Assembly (NCBI GenBank): GCA_965238005.1
Contig: OZ250165.1
Coordinates: 800,001-864,000 of the forward strand
DNA: 64,000 nt
DNA from: Longimicrobiales bacterium
GTDB lineage: Bacteria > Gemmatimonadota > Gemmatimonadetes > Longimicrobiales > Gaopeijiaceae
Reading direction: 5' to 3'
This document shows positions 1-10,234 of the stretch, piece by piece; positions within the stretch are counted from its first letter, which is position 1; the number at the start of each line of letters is the position of its first letter. Position numbers and translations under genes: made by a program. Under the pieces are notes generated by a model that was not told where the DNA came from, made no database searches, and saw only the letters and a program-made list of their open reading frames with translations.

Positions 1-218
1 CCAGGCCAAGTGGAACGGGAAGACGCTGTGAGGGTGAAGGGGTGGCCGCGTCGTCTGGTGGGCGCACACGGAGGGAGGGTGAGAACGAGCCATGTGGAAT
101 AGTCCGATCCTGGCGAGTGTGCGATGGCGATCGACTCCTTCGACAAGCAGAGGTGCGAGTGCAGGTAGCAGGCGAACTGGAGTTACCCCGGTAACCTCAA
201 ACCACAGGAGCAACAAGG

Positions 219-821
219 GTGTCGTTTCTCAAGAAACTTTTCGGTGTCAAGAAGCCCGACAAATATGAGTATACAAGAGCCATGGCCGAGATGGCGGCGG
301 AGTTAGAACGAACCCACTGTGGCATGGTCGATACATACAATGCGGATGTCGAATTAGGCCGTCTGTCCGCACCGTCGACTTCAGTCGCTAGCGTTCCGAC
401 AGGGCGCGGTGTCTATAAGGCTCGCTTGTACGCGGCGTTATTCATGGTATATGCATACTCCAAGTCCGGCCACCCGCAGGCCGAAGTCAAGGAGATGATG
501 AACGTAGCGACCGGCATTGCGTTGGAGCCGTTGGTCGGCGGGAAGGAACCACGTCTCGACCGTGACGAAGCAAAGTCCTTCACCATGGCGTATCTAATAC
601 CGACCCTCGACGCAATAGTCGCGGCATTTGAGGCGGGCCCAGTGGTACCCGGACGGCTCGCGGAGGAACACATCACTCTCGCTGACCAATTGCATGATGC
701 TCTAGCTGAGTCGATCGGTATCGACGGCTACACGCCAGAGGTTCGGGACCGGTTTGCCCATTTAATTCTGGGTAATGTGGCCTCGACCATGGCCCACGCG
801 ATCAAATGGGTGGTTCGTTGA
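219..821 (+). CDS. hypothetical protein (200 aa)
   Basis: Clean ORF, GTG start with AGGAG upstream, MSFLKKLFG-type N-terminus; no family recognised. Confidence 0.7.
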   Translation: MSFLKKLFGVKKPDKYEYTRAMAEMAAELERTHCGMVDTYNADVELGRLSAPSTSVASVPTGRGVYKARLYAALFMVYAYSKSGHPQAEVKEMMNVATGIALEPLVGGKEPRLDRDEAKSFTMAYLIPTLDAIVAAFEAGPVVPGRLAEEHITLADQLHDALAESIGIDGYTPEVRDRFAHLILGNVASTMAHAIKWVVR

Positions 822-900
822 TGCAACCAGGATAGTAGCGGCCGGCACGGCGGGCCCGAGGGAGACGGCCGGCGTCGCAAACACCATGGCCGGGCCTACT

Positions 901-1152
901 TGACCTGACCCCCTGAAACGAGACCAGGTGCAATGTTAGGATCGACCTGGTCTGAAGCTTTTCAGCGAGGAGGTCAGGATGGGAAGGAAGCGACACACTC
1001 CGGAGCAAATCATCACTGCACTGCGGGAGGCAGAGGTCGGTCTGGCCCGCGGCAAATCCGTGAAGCTGATCAGCCGGGAGCTCGGCATCACCGAGCAGAC
1101 GTACTACCGGTGGAGGCGGGAGTACGGCGGGATGAAGGTGAGCCAGGAGGTT
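901..1152 (+). mobile_element. IS3-family left end with truncated orfA (979-~1147), interrupted by IS256
   Basis: Terminal TGACCTGACCCCCTGAAACGAGACCA at 901; orfA MGRKRHTPEQII...TYYRWRREYGGMK; similar to the copy at 13362. Confidence 0.85.
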
Positions 1153-2518
1153 GGGTCAATAGGTGTGTAAACGTATGAGGCGGCATTTTTCCGCTGTTGG
1201 GTTGAGACGGGCTTTCCGTCTTCGAACTTCCTTCCTTCAAACACGTCCTTGAGGAGGTGAGGAGCGTCGAGCCTTCGGAACCGCTTCTCGGCCACCAAGA
1301 GCAACTTCCAGATCAGCGCCGTAGCGCTCTCGACCCGCTTGAATCGCTTCGCCGCCGTCGTCCTGAGCCGTAGCGCAGCGAACGGGCTCTCGACCACGTT
1401 CGTCGTGCGTAGATGCTTCCAGTGATCCTCGGGGAAGTCGTAGAACGCCACCATCCGCTCCCAGTCGTCCTCGAGTACGTCCACCGCCTTCGGATACCAC
1501 GGCCTGTAGCGCCTGGCGAACACTTCGCGGGCCTTCACCGCCTTCGGCCCGGCTCGGTGCGTAGACCACGGCCCTGAGAAGATCCTTCGCCTCGCTCTGC
1601 TCCCGCTGCGGCAGCCGGTCCAGCACGTTCCTCATCTTGTGGTTCCAGCACCGTTGCTCGCCCGCCTCAGGCCATACCTGCCGTACTGCGCCCCAGATCG
1701 CCGCGTTACCGTCCGCCATCAGAAGCCGGGGCGCCTCGATGCCGCGTGCCTTCAGATCCCGCAACACCTCGGAGCAGGACTCGACCGACTCTCGGTAGCC
1801 CGATCTCAGGGCCAACACCTCCTTCGTACCGTCTCGCATCGCGCCCAGCACCACCAGCAGCGCCGCCTTGTCCCGCTCGAGCCCTGCCTTCACGTAGATC
1901 CCGTCCGCCCATACGTAGACGACCTCACGATCGGCCAGCGAGCGCTTTGACCATTCCTCGAACTCCGCCGTCCATCCCGCCCGCAGTCTCCGAATCGAAG
2001 ACTTCGACAGCGGTGCCCCCTCGCCCAGCAGTCCCCGCATCGCCAGCTCGAAGTCTCCCTCCGCCAGTCCGTGCAGATACAGCTCCGGAAGCAGAGCGCC
2101 CAGCTCCTTCGTCCGCCTCGCGAACAACGGCAGCACCCGACTCTCGAACCGCTCCTCGACGCCCCGAACCCGAGGGCGTCGGAGTGTGATCGTGCCCGAG
2201 CTCATCGCCAACCGCCGAGCCTTGCCATATCCGTTGCGCTAGCCCTCGGCCGAGTCCACCGTACTCCTGCGCTCTGACTTCTCCCGGCCTAACAACTCCG
2301 TGACTTCCTCCTCCATGATCTGTTGGATGAACTCCTGCGCCTTCTCCCTAACCATCCCCTCGAGCGTCTCCCACATCGGCCTGCTGGACGCACCCCGGGG
2401 TCCCGCGATATCCTCTCTCATGAGGCGACGTTCCTTTCCCCGGGCTGTCACCCGGGCTCGCTGGTTTAAATCTCAGCGCAAAGGTACGTCGCCTCTCTTT
2501 TTACACACCCTTTGATCC
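1153..2518 (-). mobile_element. IS256-family element with disrupted transposase
   Basis: Imperfect terminal IRs gggtcaataggtgtgtaaa (1153) and ttttacacaccctttgatcc (2499-2518); motifs RNGY, WADG, QRCWNH, LRTTNVVES; in-frame TAG at 2239-2241 and a frameshift near 1545; no target duplication seen. Confidence 0.88.
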
Positions 2519-2785
2519 TAGCTGGGCTGGGTTGTCAAACACGGCTAATCTTTGGCACAGAATGCCTCAGGTGGACGCAGACAGTTAGCGGGACTCGAAC
2601 GATCGGCGTGAAAAGACGATGTTTGCGTTAGGTTTGCTGTAATTGGTTCCTCTGTTCTCTGTTCTTCCTGACAGACGGGCGGGAGTACGCCATATACGAT
2701 CACCGCATCGGCTATGTTCGGGAGAGTACCCGCTGACTGGAGACTAGAACTGGACGCATATCCAAACACTTAGCAGGACAACCAC

Positions 2786-4057
2786 GTGAACACAAATCTG
2801 TTGTCTGTCGCTTGGGAGTTCGTTGGCAATTACTGGCCCCACATCGCAGCAGTAGGTAGTAGCCCTGTTGTTTTTGCCCTGCTGCGCGGAGCTGTATTAG
2901 CCTATGTCCGTCGGCCTAAATCAACGACAAGTGAGGTCGGTCCGTACTTCACCGACAAGCAGCTCTTGTCTCCGCCTCTGACGAGGCCCGCATACAGCGA
3001 CAGAATGGCTTACATTCTCGCGGAGATGTCCGATCTAGCCTACTATCAGTTCGAAGGCCAAAGCGGTGTCGTCGACGATGCGGTGACACAAGTACTGTCA
3101 TTGGATCTGACGACGGACGCAAACGTACGCAATTTTCTGGACCAGTTTTCGACAGAGTTGATGAGCGGACGTCGCTTGAGCCTGACGTTCCTGAAACGCA
3201 TCCTTGGAAATTCCGAATTCTCGCTGCTGGACGTCATTAACGTCGGCGAAACTCAGGGGTTGGTATGCAAGAGGATCACGGAGGGCGAGTCGCCCTATCT
3301 GGTGCTTGCGTTCCGAGGCACTGAAAAAAAAGTGTCTGACTGGCTGACGGACGCGCAATGCGTTCCAACAGTAGAGGGGAAGGCTAAGGTCCACACGGGA
3401 TTCCTGGAAGCATTCACAAAGAAGAAGGATGCCGCGGGAAGGACCGTGAGACAGGTAGTCGAAGACATTCTCGACGGCCAGGATGCCAAGGACCAAGACG
3501 GAAATCGGCTTCCACTGTTCATCACGGGTCATTCACTTGGCGGCGCCCTGGCTTTGTTGGCAACCAGGCTGGTGGCCCCGAACATGGACGGAGCCTGCTA
3601 TACGTTCGGTGCCCCCAGAATCGGCAACTACGAATACTTTCGCTTCATCAAGACCCCGGTGTACCGGATCGTCAACTCCAGCGACATCGTTCCGAGAGTA
3701 CCGCCTGGGGCAGTCATGATTGCATTGAGATATATCGCTCGGGCAATTTCATCGCTGACCGATTCTATTCCAGGGGTTGCGTCCGTGTTTGACAAGATCG
3801 AGGAGTTCTTGGATAGGCTGAGCGGCTACAGACACTTTGGAGACCTGCGCTATCTAAGCGATGTTGCTGAAGGACGGTTCAAGGACGTACGGTTGCTAGA
3901 GAATCCGCCGGCTACCGATAGAGTAATGTGGGCGTTCAGGCGGATGGCGAAGAGTTTTTTTGTGCCTGTCAAGAGTCATAACATGAACATTTATCGCAGG
4001 AAACTCTTGAGCATTGCAAATGATCGAAATGAGGCGGCGGGTGCTGCCGGCGCGTGA
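2786..4057 (+). CDS. class 3 lipase (alpha/beta hydrolase) with N-terminal hydrophobic segment
   Basis: LAFRGTE, VHTGF, GHSLGG nucleophile elbow, TFGAPR, DIVPRVP, C-terminal His (KSHNM). Confidence 0.9.
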   Translation: MNTNLLSVAWEFVGNYWPHIAAVGSSPVVFALLRGAVLAYVRRPKSTTSEVGPYFTDKQLLSPPLTRPAYSDRMAYILAEMSDLAYYQFEGQSGVVDDAVTQVLSLDLTTDANVRNFLDQFSTELMSGRRLSLTFLKRILGNSEFSLLDVINVGETQGLVCKRITEGESPYLVLAFRGTEKKVSDWLTDAQCVPTVEGKAKVHTGFLEAFTKKKDAAGRTVRQVVEDILDGQDAKDQDGNRLPLFITGHSLGGALALLATRLVAPNMDGACYTFGAPRIGNYEYFRFIKTPVYRIVNSSDIVPRVPPGAVMIALRYIARAISSLTDSIPGVASVFDKIEEFLDRLSGYRHFGDLRYLSDVAEGRFKDVRLLENPPATDRVMWAFRRMAKSFFVPVKSHNMNIYRRKLLSIANDRNEAAGAAGA

Positions 4058-4112
4058 GTTCAGATCTGCGGAAGCTCTTGACGACGACCCTCTGGTCGCG
4101 GGTAACGCCTTT

Positions 4113-4500
4113 CTAGGCGGAAAACGTGTCGAGAATCTCGAAGAAGCGATCAGCGTAGACGTCGGTTCCACGACGGACGGTCGCATCGTTCACCCCAAAA
4201 AGCCAAACAAGGATCATCACGACATTTGCCGCATCGAGAGCGAGAGAAATGACCGGAACGAACTGATGCGAAGACGTGAGCCTGTATATCGAGAATCCAA
4301 GCGCGGTCGCGCAGATCGACGCAACCGACAAGCCGATCAACCTGATGCCGCACATGTTGCGACGAAAACCATAGTTGCAGTCCTCCTCGAACACGAGCGG
4401 ATATTTGGCCTTGTTCTTAGCATGACCCAGAAGAAGGACGACAACTGCGCTGAACTAGGCGTACGCCGCATCTCGATCGACCGCCTCACGGCGAAGTGCG
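4113..4500 (-). pseudogene. C-terminal remnant of a membrane protein carrying a YPLVFEEDCNYGFRRN motif
   Basis: Frame continues upstream of 4394 through an in-frame TAG; two hydrophobic helices follow YGFRRN; 5' part missing. Confidence 0.45.
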
Positions 4501-4512
4501 ACGTCCCGCTCG

Positions 4513-5034
4513 TCAGTAGAAGACCGTCCAGGCCAGGGCACCCGTACTGAGCCAGAGGACCAGGGTCATCGGCAGCGCCGAGCTGACGGGCAAGTTGCGA
4601 AACATGTGCACAGGGACGAGGACCAGCAGCACGACCGACACGCTCAAGAGACGGATGGCTCGATCGAGGGGATCGGGAAAGACGCGCTCCATCGCAAGGA
4701 CAAGCACCAGCGTGACTGCGATCCAGAATGACAGGACATTGAGATTACGCGCGATCCTCAGGCCCCGCTCGACCTTGGTGAAGACAGCTGTCGTGAACAT
4801 CCAGACAAGGACAAGGATCAAACTGGAGCGACCGAACTCCAGTGTCGTGCGGCTTCCACCGTTGGCTAGAAGCCCTAGGCCTTCAAACCCGGCTAGCGAG
4901 GCTGAGACAAGCCCAGCTAGCGAGATTGAGGTGGCGGCGGCCTTCACCGAGGCCTTCAGGTCCTGTTCGAACGGTTGAGTGAACAGGCCGAGGAAGGCGT
5001 TCAGGACTGCTTGGACGGATTCGAACCTGGACAC
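4513..5034 (-). CDS. multi-pass membrane protein (probable GTG start 5034)
   Basis: 4-5 hydrophobic helices; starts 8 nt after the upstream stop, so probably co-transcribed. Confidence 0.65.
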   Translation of the reverse strand: MSRFESVQAVLNAFLGLFTQPFEQDLKASVKAAATSISLAGLVSASLAGFEGLGLLANGGSRTTLEFGRSSLILVLVWMFTTAVFTKVERGLRIARNLNVLSFWIAVTLVLVLAMERVFPDPLDRAIRLLSVSVVLLVLVPVHMFRNLPVSSALPMTLVLWLSTGALAWTVFY

Positions 5035-5042
5035 GGGTTTAG

Positions 5043-5792
5043 CTACCTGGCTTCGAATACGTACTGGTAAACACGTGGTCCGAGACCGTCGAGATCGCCG
5101 CTGTAGGAGACCGCGACGCGGAACTCGTCCTGTCCAGACGGAGCATAGGTCGTGAACGGTACCCACGACGTGACCGGCCGTTGTCCCGCAAGCACGAGCA
5201 GGCGCTCCGTACCGTAGGGAAGGAGAGTCAGGTCGGCTGCGGCACCAGACACCAGCTCGTAGCTCCTGCGGTTGGCCAGCCAGGCCGACGTGTCGTGCCA
5301 GTCGGTGAGGTCGCTCCACGGGGCGACGTCGGGATCGACCGGGAAACTGCGGTGAAACTCCCTGAAGGAGTCGTCAGGATTGGCGCCAGAGGCGTCCGCC
5401 GTGCGGCTCCAGTCGCCTAACAGCCTCCCGACGAACGGAATCTCGGCGGCCGCGCTGTTTCGGAACAGCCACAGCGGCTGGTCGTCGCGGTACTGGGTGC
5501 TGGCGTAGACGATTTGTCGGTTGATCTGCTGGTACGGCGGCGCCTCCCAGGCCAAACACAGATCCTGGAGTCCGCCCGTCTGGAGGACGTGTGCGGGAGC
5601 ACCGTCGTTTGGCGTGAAGAACTGCCAGCCTCTGTCGATCCTGATCGCAAGCCGGCTCTGCCCGGCGATCTCCCGGGGTAACTGGTCAACGTCGCAGGCG
5701 GACTGAGCCAGGGCCGGCATCGGGGCGGCGAGGGCCGCTAGCACGGCCACTGCGAAACAGGATGCGACGGCGGAGCGTTTGGCCATGGCCAT
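5043..5792 (-). CDS. secreted protein of unknown function
   Basis: GAGGAG before ATG 5792; Sec-type signal peptide ending ALA-Q. Confidence 0.7.
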   Translation of the reverse strand: MAMAKRSAVASCFAVAVLAALAAPMPALAQSACDVDQLPREIAGQSRLAIRIDRGWQFFTPNDGAPAHVLQTGGLQDLCLAWEAPPYQQINRQIVYASTQYRDDQPLWLFRNSAAAEIPFVGRLLGDWSRTADASGANPDDSFREFHRSFPVDPDVAPWSDLTDWHDTSAWLANRRSYELVSGAAADLTLLPYGTERLLVLAGQRPVTSWVPFTTYAPSGQDEFRVAVSYSGDLDGLGPRVYQYVFEAR

Positions 5793-6008
5793 CGTGGTGC
5801 TCTCCTCGCGTGGCGCGAATACCGAGAACAGTGTTGCTAACATGGCAGCCTGGCGGGAAGGCTGTCGAGCGCCGATGAGAGCGCGGCGGGTCAGCGGATC
5901 GGTCCGGCCTCCGGGTGTCGACGCTCGCTGGCCAAGTACGCCGCCAGCCCGCCATGAGGCTACGTCGGCTCTCGAACCGGTCTCCGTGCCTATGCGCCCT
6001 TGACGGTC

Positions 6009-7088
6009 CTACGCGGGGACAGGTTCGACATCAGGAGGTTCCTCTACCCGCCGGTTTAACTCCTGAACCGAGATTCCGAGAAGTTCAGCGGCCTGGCCAT
6101 CGGAGATGGCGCCCTCCACGAGAGCGCGGTAGCATAATCGCTCGAACCGTCGGGGCGTCTGAGGCTTCATCGCATAGGGTTCCTCATAGGGAGGGCTGCG
6201 CCAGCCATGACGGGAGAACTCATCGAAGAGTGACCGGAACAGCGTGTTGCCGAAGATACCGAGGTCCTTACAGCGATACGTGAGTGCTTGGACGCTGACG
6301 CCGAATACCCGCTTCAGCTCAAACAGCTCACCCCAGCCGATGGAATTGCGGTGTCTGCCGATTTCGGCCCGCACCATTTCCGCAGGCATAAGGAAAGCTC
6401 CGGCAAAGCGGTGCGCGGCCTTTTCTTCGTTCACTTCGGGCGAGACATCCAGGACCATGTGACCGATCTCGTGTGCCACGGTAAAGCGCTGCCGCTCGCC
6501 CCAATCTCCTCGATTGAGGACGATCACAGAGACGGGGTCTCGGTTCTCCCGTCGCACCCGGGCGGTCAGACCATCGATGTCGGCCAGGTTCATCGTGAGT
6601 ACCTTGATCCCTCGCTCTTCTAGCAGCTCCATGAGGTTTGGGATTGGGTCGAGTCCCAGACCCCAGTGGATCCGGAGTCCAAGCGCAGCCTGCTCAACTT
6701 CGGACAGATCGCGTACGACAGGCCAAGATGCCTCTCTCGGCTTGTCCCAAGCGCCGCTACGGAGACCCAGCGTCTCCTCGACCGTGAGATAGCTTTCCAG
6801 CATGCGTAGAACGCTAGCTTCGACCCGCTGCTGCTCACGTCTGCTTGCAGGTCTCTTTTTCCGGAGTTCCACAGCCTCCAGAATCATGTCCCCATCTCCG
6901 ACCAGGTAGTCTACGGAGACATCGAGCGCTTCGGCGAGCCCGATGAGGACAGTCGAACTAGGCATCGACTCATTGCGTTCGTACTTGCTGATCGCCTGGG
7001 CCGTGACGAGGTTGTCGATTTTCGCCTCTAGGTCGCGTAGTGACAGACCTGAAGCCTGGCGGGATATCTTAAGTCGTTTTCCTATCAT
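6009..7088 (-). CDS. XRE HTH fused to ImmA/IrrE metallopeptidase (CapH-CapP-like CBASS regulator)
   Basis: N-terminal Cro/C1 HTH (SLRDL...AQAISKYE), RQRFTVAHEIGH zincin motif, EKAAHRFAGAFLMP; divergent from cdnC. Confidence 0.9.
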   Translation of the reverse strand: MIGKRLKISRQASGLSLRDLEAKIDNLVTAQAISKYERNESMPSSTVLIGLAEALDVSVDYLVGDGDMILEAVELRKKRPASRREQQRVEASVLRMLESYLTVEETLGLRSGAWDKPREASWPVVRDLSEVEQAALGLRIHWGLGLDPIPNLMELLEERGIKVLTMNLADIDGLTARVRRENRDPVSVIVLNRGDWGERQRFTVAHEIGHMVLDVSPEVNEEKAAHRFAGAFLMPAEMVRAEIGRHRNSIGWGELFELKRVFGVSVQALTYRCKDLGIFGNTLFRSLFDEFSRHGWRSPPYEEPYAMKPQTPRRFERLCYRALVEGAISDGQAAELLGISVQELNRRVEEPPDVEPVPA

Positions 7089-7098
7089 AGTTTATTCC

Positions 7099-7146
7099 GA
7101 TCAGATCGTCAGTTGACAATCTGATCTTGATGAATAAGTTTGTCAA
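7099..7146. promoter_or_regulatory. overlapping divergent promoters with palindromic operator
   Basis: TTGACA on + at 7113-7118 and on - at 7141-7146; near-perfect 28-bp palindrome gatcagatcgtcagttgacaatctgatc at 7099-7126. Confidence 0.7.
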
Positions 7147-7193
7147 CTACTCAATTCTGAGCGCCCGAACAGGCATGGTCCCAGGGATCTAGC

Positions 7194-8159
7194 ATGGCCC
7201 GAGTACACGTCGATCACAGCGAGATTGTCGGCTTCGCACAGGATAAGGTGAACCTGCCGCGGGACAAGTCCAGCGAGTACCGCGCCCAGGTGCGGCGACT
7301 GCGAGCGAAGCTCGAGGGCTACCTGAAGGACCACCCAGACTTTACCCTCAGGAAGATGCTGCTATCCGGCAGTCTCGCGAAGGGAACGGCCCTTCGGTCG
7401 CTCAACGACATTGACGTGGCCTGCTACATCAGCGGTGCGGACGTGCCCAGCGATGTAGCAGAGCTGTTGGGCTACCTCGCCGAGCGTCTCCGGAAGGCGT
7501 TTCCCAACTTCAGGCCCGATCAAGTTCAGCCACAGACCTACAGCGTGACCGTGTCGTTTCGGGGATCGGGTCTCGATGTCGACGTCGTGCCGATCCTCTA
7601 TGACGGCGACCCCGATTGGTACGGCAGTCTAGTCAGCCAGGAGGACGGCACCTATCTGCAGACGAGTATCCCGCTTCACCTCGAATTCACCCGCAAGAGG
7701 AAGAAGGCACAGGAGCAGAACTTCGCGCAGGTAGTGAGGTTGGTGAAGTTTTGGGCCGGGAACATCAAGCGCGAACATGAGGCATTCCGTTTCAAGTCCT
7801 TCATGATCGAGATGATCCTGTCGCGCCTTTGCGACCAGGGTCTTGATTTCGGAGATTATCCCGAAGCGCTGCAGCACTTCTTCACCTACGTCGCTCGGAG
7901 CGACATGCGGGAGAAGATCGTGTTCACCGACTACTACACGGCGTCTGAAGCAGGTCGGTTCTCGGAACCAGTGCAGATCATCGATCCCGTCAACACACAA
8001 AACAATGTAAGTCGGCTGTACACAGCAGCACAGGCGGATGCAATCGTGGATGCCGCCCTCGATGCCGGCGACGCCATTGACTCGGCGCTGGCCGCGCCAA
8101 CGAAAACAGAAACCGTCTATTACTGGCGAAGAGTCTTCGGATCTTCGTTTCAGGTGTGA
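7194..8159 (+). CDS. cdnC: CBASS cyclic oligonucleotide synthase, CdnC-like CD-NTase (321 aa)
   Basis: SGSLAKGTALRSLNDIDVA, LDVDVVP, FKSFMIE, IIDPVN, YWRRVFG; closely resembles E. coli CdnC as I recall it. Confidence 0.95.
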   Translation: MARVHVDHSEIVGFAQDKVNLPRDKSSEYRAQVRRLRAKLEGYLKDHPDFTLRKMLLSGSLAKGTALRSLNDIDVACYISGADVPSDVAELLGYLAERLRKAFPNFRPDQVQPQTYSVTVSFRGSGLDVDVVPILYDGDPDWYGSLVSQEDGTYLQTSIPLHLEFTRKRKKAQEQNFAQVVRLVKFWAGNIKREHEAFRFKSFMIEMILSRLCDQGLDFGDYPEALQHFFTYVARSDMREKIVFTDYYTASEAGRFSEPVQIIDPVNTQNNVSRLYTAAQADAIVDAALDAGDAIDSALAAPTKTETVYYWRRVFGSSFQV

Positions 8160-8166
8160 GGAAGCT

Positions 8167-8685
8167 ATGAGCTACAGCCACACGGTTGCCAGTACGGTTG
8201 CGTTCACCCGTACACACGCAAGACATATGGTCGCGAAGGTCGCTACGGATCTGAAGCGAATGCAGAGGTTCTACGGTGAGCCGAGCGACTCGTGGATAGC
8301 TTGGTACGAGGAAGAGGTCATTGAGTTTCTCAAGGAGGGATACCTAGACACCGTAATGTATGGCTTTCATCTGAACGGGAACTGGGTGGAGCCGACGCTC
8401 TTCTACACCGCTCGCGACCTTGCTGGCAGTTTCGCGAACGATGACGACCCTGGGCGGATTCGTCCAGGAAGAGATATCACTGGAGCCACGTTCTACAGCT
8501 ACCTCACTTACAGTTGGACTTGGCACCTCTTGAATGCAACCGGGCAAGAAGAATTCATAAGGCGTCTTCCCTTCCAGCGAACCGGAGCTCTCCAACCAGG
8601 AGTTGCTGGCTACCTGAGAAAGGATCTGACTTATTCGTCCGGTGGCCGGGCGCTTGATCGAGCAATCGTGAGGAGTTGGCGGTGA
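8167..8685 (+). CDS. cap7: CBASS HORMA-domain protein
   Basis: THARHMVAKVATDLKRMQRFYG, DDDPGRIRPG, TYSSGGRAL; lies between CD-NTase and TRIP13. Confidence 0.93.
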   Translation: MSYSHTVASTVAFTRTHARHMVAKVATDLKRMQRFYGEPSDSWIAWYEEEVIEFLKEGYLDTVMYGFHLNGNWVEPTLFYTARDLAGSFANDDDPGRIRPGRDITGATFYSYLTYSWTWHLLNATGQEEFIRRLPFQRTGALQPGVAGYLRKDLTYSSGGRALDRAIVRSWR

Positions 8686-9623
8686 CAGCTCCGATAGACA
8701 TTGATGATCTGTTCGAGCGGCGCATTATCTATCCGGACTGCGAGGCGCGTGAACGTCTGGCGGCACTCGTGGGACTGGACAGTCACAAGGCGCGACTGAC
8801 GAAAATCTTGGGCCTCCTGGTCAATCCAGCCGGTCTATCTGAATGGGCAGAGAGATTTCATCCAGGTGCCGAAAGTGTGTTGAGTACGGTCCTCACGAGA
8901 CCACCTCTCGTCGTTCTTACCGGTGATGTGGGATCCGGCAAGACGGCACTCGCTGAAACGATCAGCGATGCCGTCGCCCGCCAGGAAAACATAGAGATCA
9001 CACTGTTCCCTCTAAGCCTCTCGACACGCGGCCAGGGTCATGTAGGCGAGATGACTCAGCTACTGTCTGCCGCTTTCGACCACACGATCGATGAGGCGAA
9101 GAAGCTCAAAGACAGACGCGGAGGAAAGTCACGCGGGGCAGTCATTCTACTGGTGGATGAGGCCGATGCGTTGGCCCAATCCCGTGAGGCAACGCAGATG
9201 CATCACGAAGATCGGGCCGGCGTGAACGCGTTCATTCGAGGGGTTGATCGACTTGGAAGTGGCGAGCTCCCGGCGGCAGTCATTATGTGCACGAATCGAG
9301 CGGGCGCTTTCGACCCAGCCGTTTGCCGCCGTGCAGCAGACATTCTGACCTTTACACGGCCAAATGACGACCAACGCCGTGCGGTATTGGCGACACCGCT
9401 TGAGCAACTTGGTCTTTTACCTCCACAGATCTACGCAATTGTGGCGGCCACCGGTAGGCGGGAAAATGTCCGTTATGGCTTCACGTATTCCGATCTTACA
9501 CAGCGGCTGTTACCTACGGTAGTGTTGGACGCTTATCCGGACCGGTCCGTGAATCCAGATAGGGCCTTGGAAATCACCCGCGCCATGGCGCCAACCGCAC
9601 CGTTTCGCGATGAGATATCATGA
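8682..9623 (+). CDS. cap6: CBASS TRIP13/Pch2-like AAA+ ATPase
   Basis: GDVGSGKT Walker A, LLVDEAD Walker B, QMHHEDRAGVN, MCTNR; GTGA overlap with cap7 and AGGAG RBS. Confidence 0.93.
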   Translation: MTAPIDIDDLFERRIIYPDCEARERLAALVGLDSHKARLTKILGLLVNPAGLSEWAERFHPGAESVLSTVLTRPPLVVLTGDVGSGKTALAETISDAVARQENIEITLFPLSLSTRGQGHVGEMTQLLSAAFDHTIDEAKKLKDRRGGKSRGAVILLVDEADALAQSREATQMHHEDRAGVNAFIRGVDRLGSGELPAAVIMCTNRAGAFDPAVCRRAADILTFTRPNDDQRRAVLATPLEQLGLLPPQIYAIVAATGRRENVRYGFTYSDLTQRLLPTVVLDAYPDRSVNPDRALEITRAMAPTAPFRDEIS

Positions 9624-9809
9624 GTGAATGCGCAAGTCACTCGCCGACCTGCTCCTAGACTTCAAAGCGTTCGAGCCGGAGCGCCGTCCAGCTCATGGCG
9701 TTAAGGAGAGTAGACCGATGCCGACTCCGACGTTGTCCGTAGCACCAAGCGGTCAGGGGCCAACTGGCATGCCCACTCGCAGGTAGGATGGGCACGTGAT
9801 TTACGGAGA

Positions 9810-10231
9810 ATATCTTCGGGTATTGTCCGGAGACTGGCACGCCCGGGCCAAGATCCTGCGTCGATATGGGGGCCGAACACCGGCCTTTGCCCTTGAGGGT
9901 CTGCCGCAGCGGAGCTCGAAACAGCCCTACGCCAGAGAGGCAACACGATTCTCATCCTGACCGAGCCAGCCAGGGAAAGCGCCTACCTCCGGCGACCATC
10001 TGGGGTACTCGGTGCGGAAGGGCAAGATTCCGAACGCCGAGAGGCCCGGCACACCCACTATTGCTTTGAGAGAACTTGCGCCGTGCAGATCGTGAAGTCC
10101 ATCGGCGAGAAGGGGCATGATGATGGCGAGCACGAAACGACGCCAGCCAAACTATAGCACTGGGCGAATGGGGCCGGGACCGGGTACAACCCAGGGCGGG
10201 CCTGACCAGATCGAGTGGGCGTGAGAACGGT
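9810..10231 (+). pseudogene. decayed copy of the excisionase and integrase 5' end found intact at 46578-48127
   Basis: Frameshifted peptides KILRRYGGRTPAFALE, AAELETAL, GKIPNAERPGTP, MMASTKR..GEWGRDRV and QIEW.ENG match the intact genes. Confidence 0.8.
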
Positions 10232-10234
10232 TCA

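Noticed and set aside
2239..2241. In-frame TAG codons in IS256 and other remnants as stop-codon recoding
   Set aside because: They occur in decayed genes, and intact genes here end in TAG (e.g. 28092, 63404)
5015..5030. GGTTCGAATCC tRNA T-loop motif on the minus strand
   Set aside because: Lies within a coding region, and no cloverleaf can be built around it
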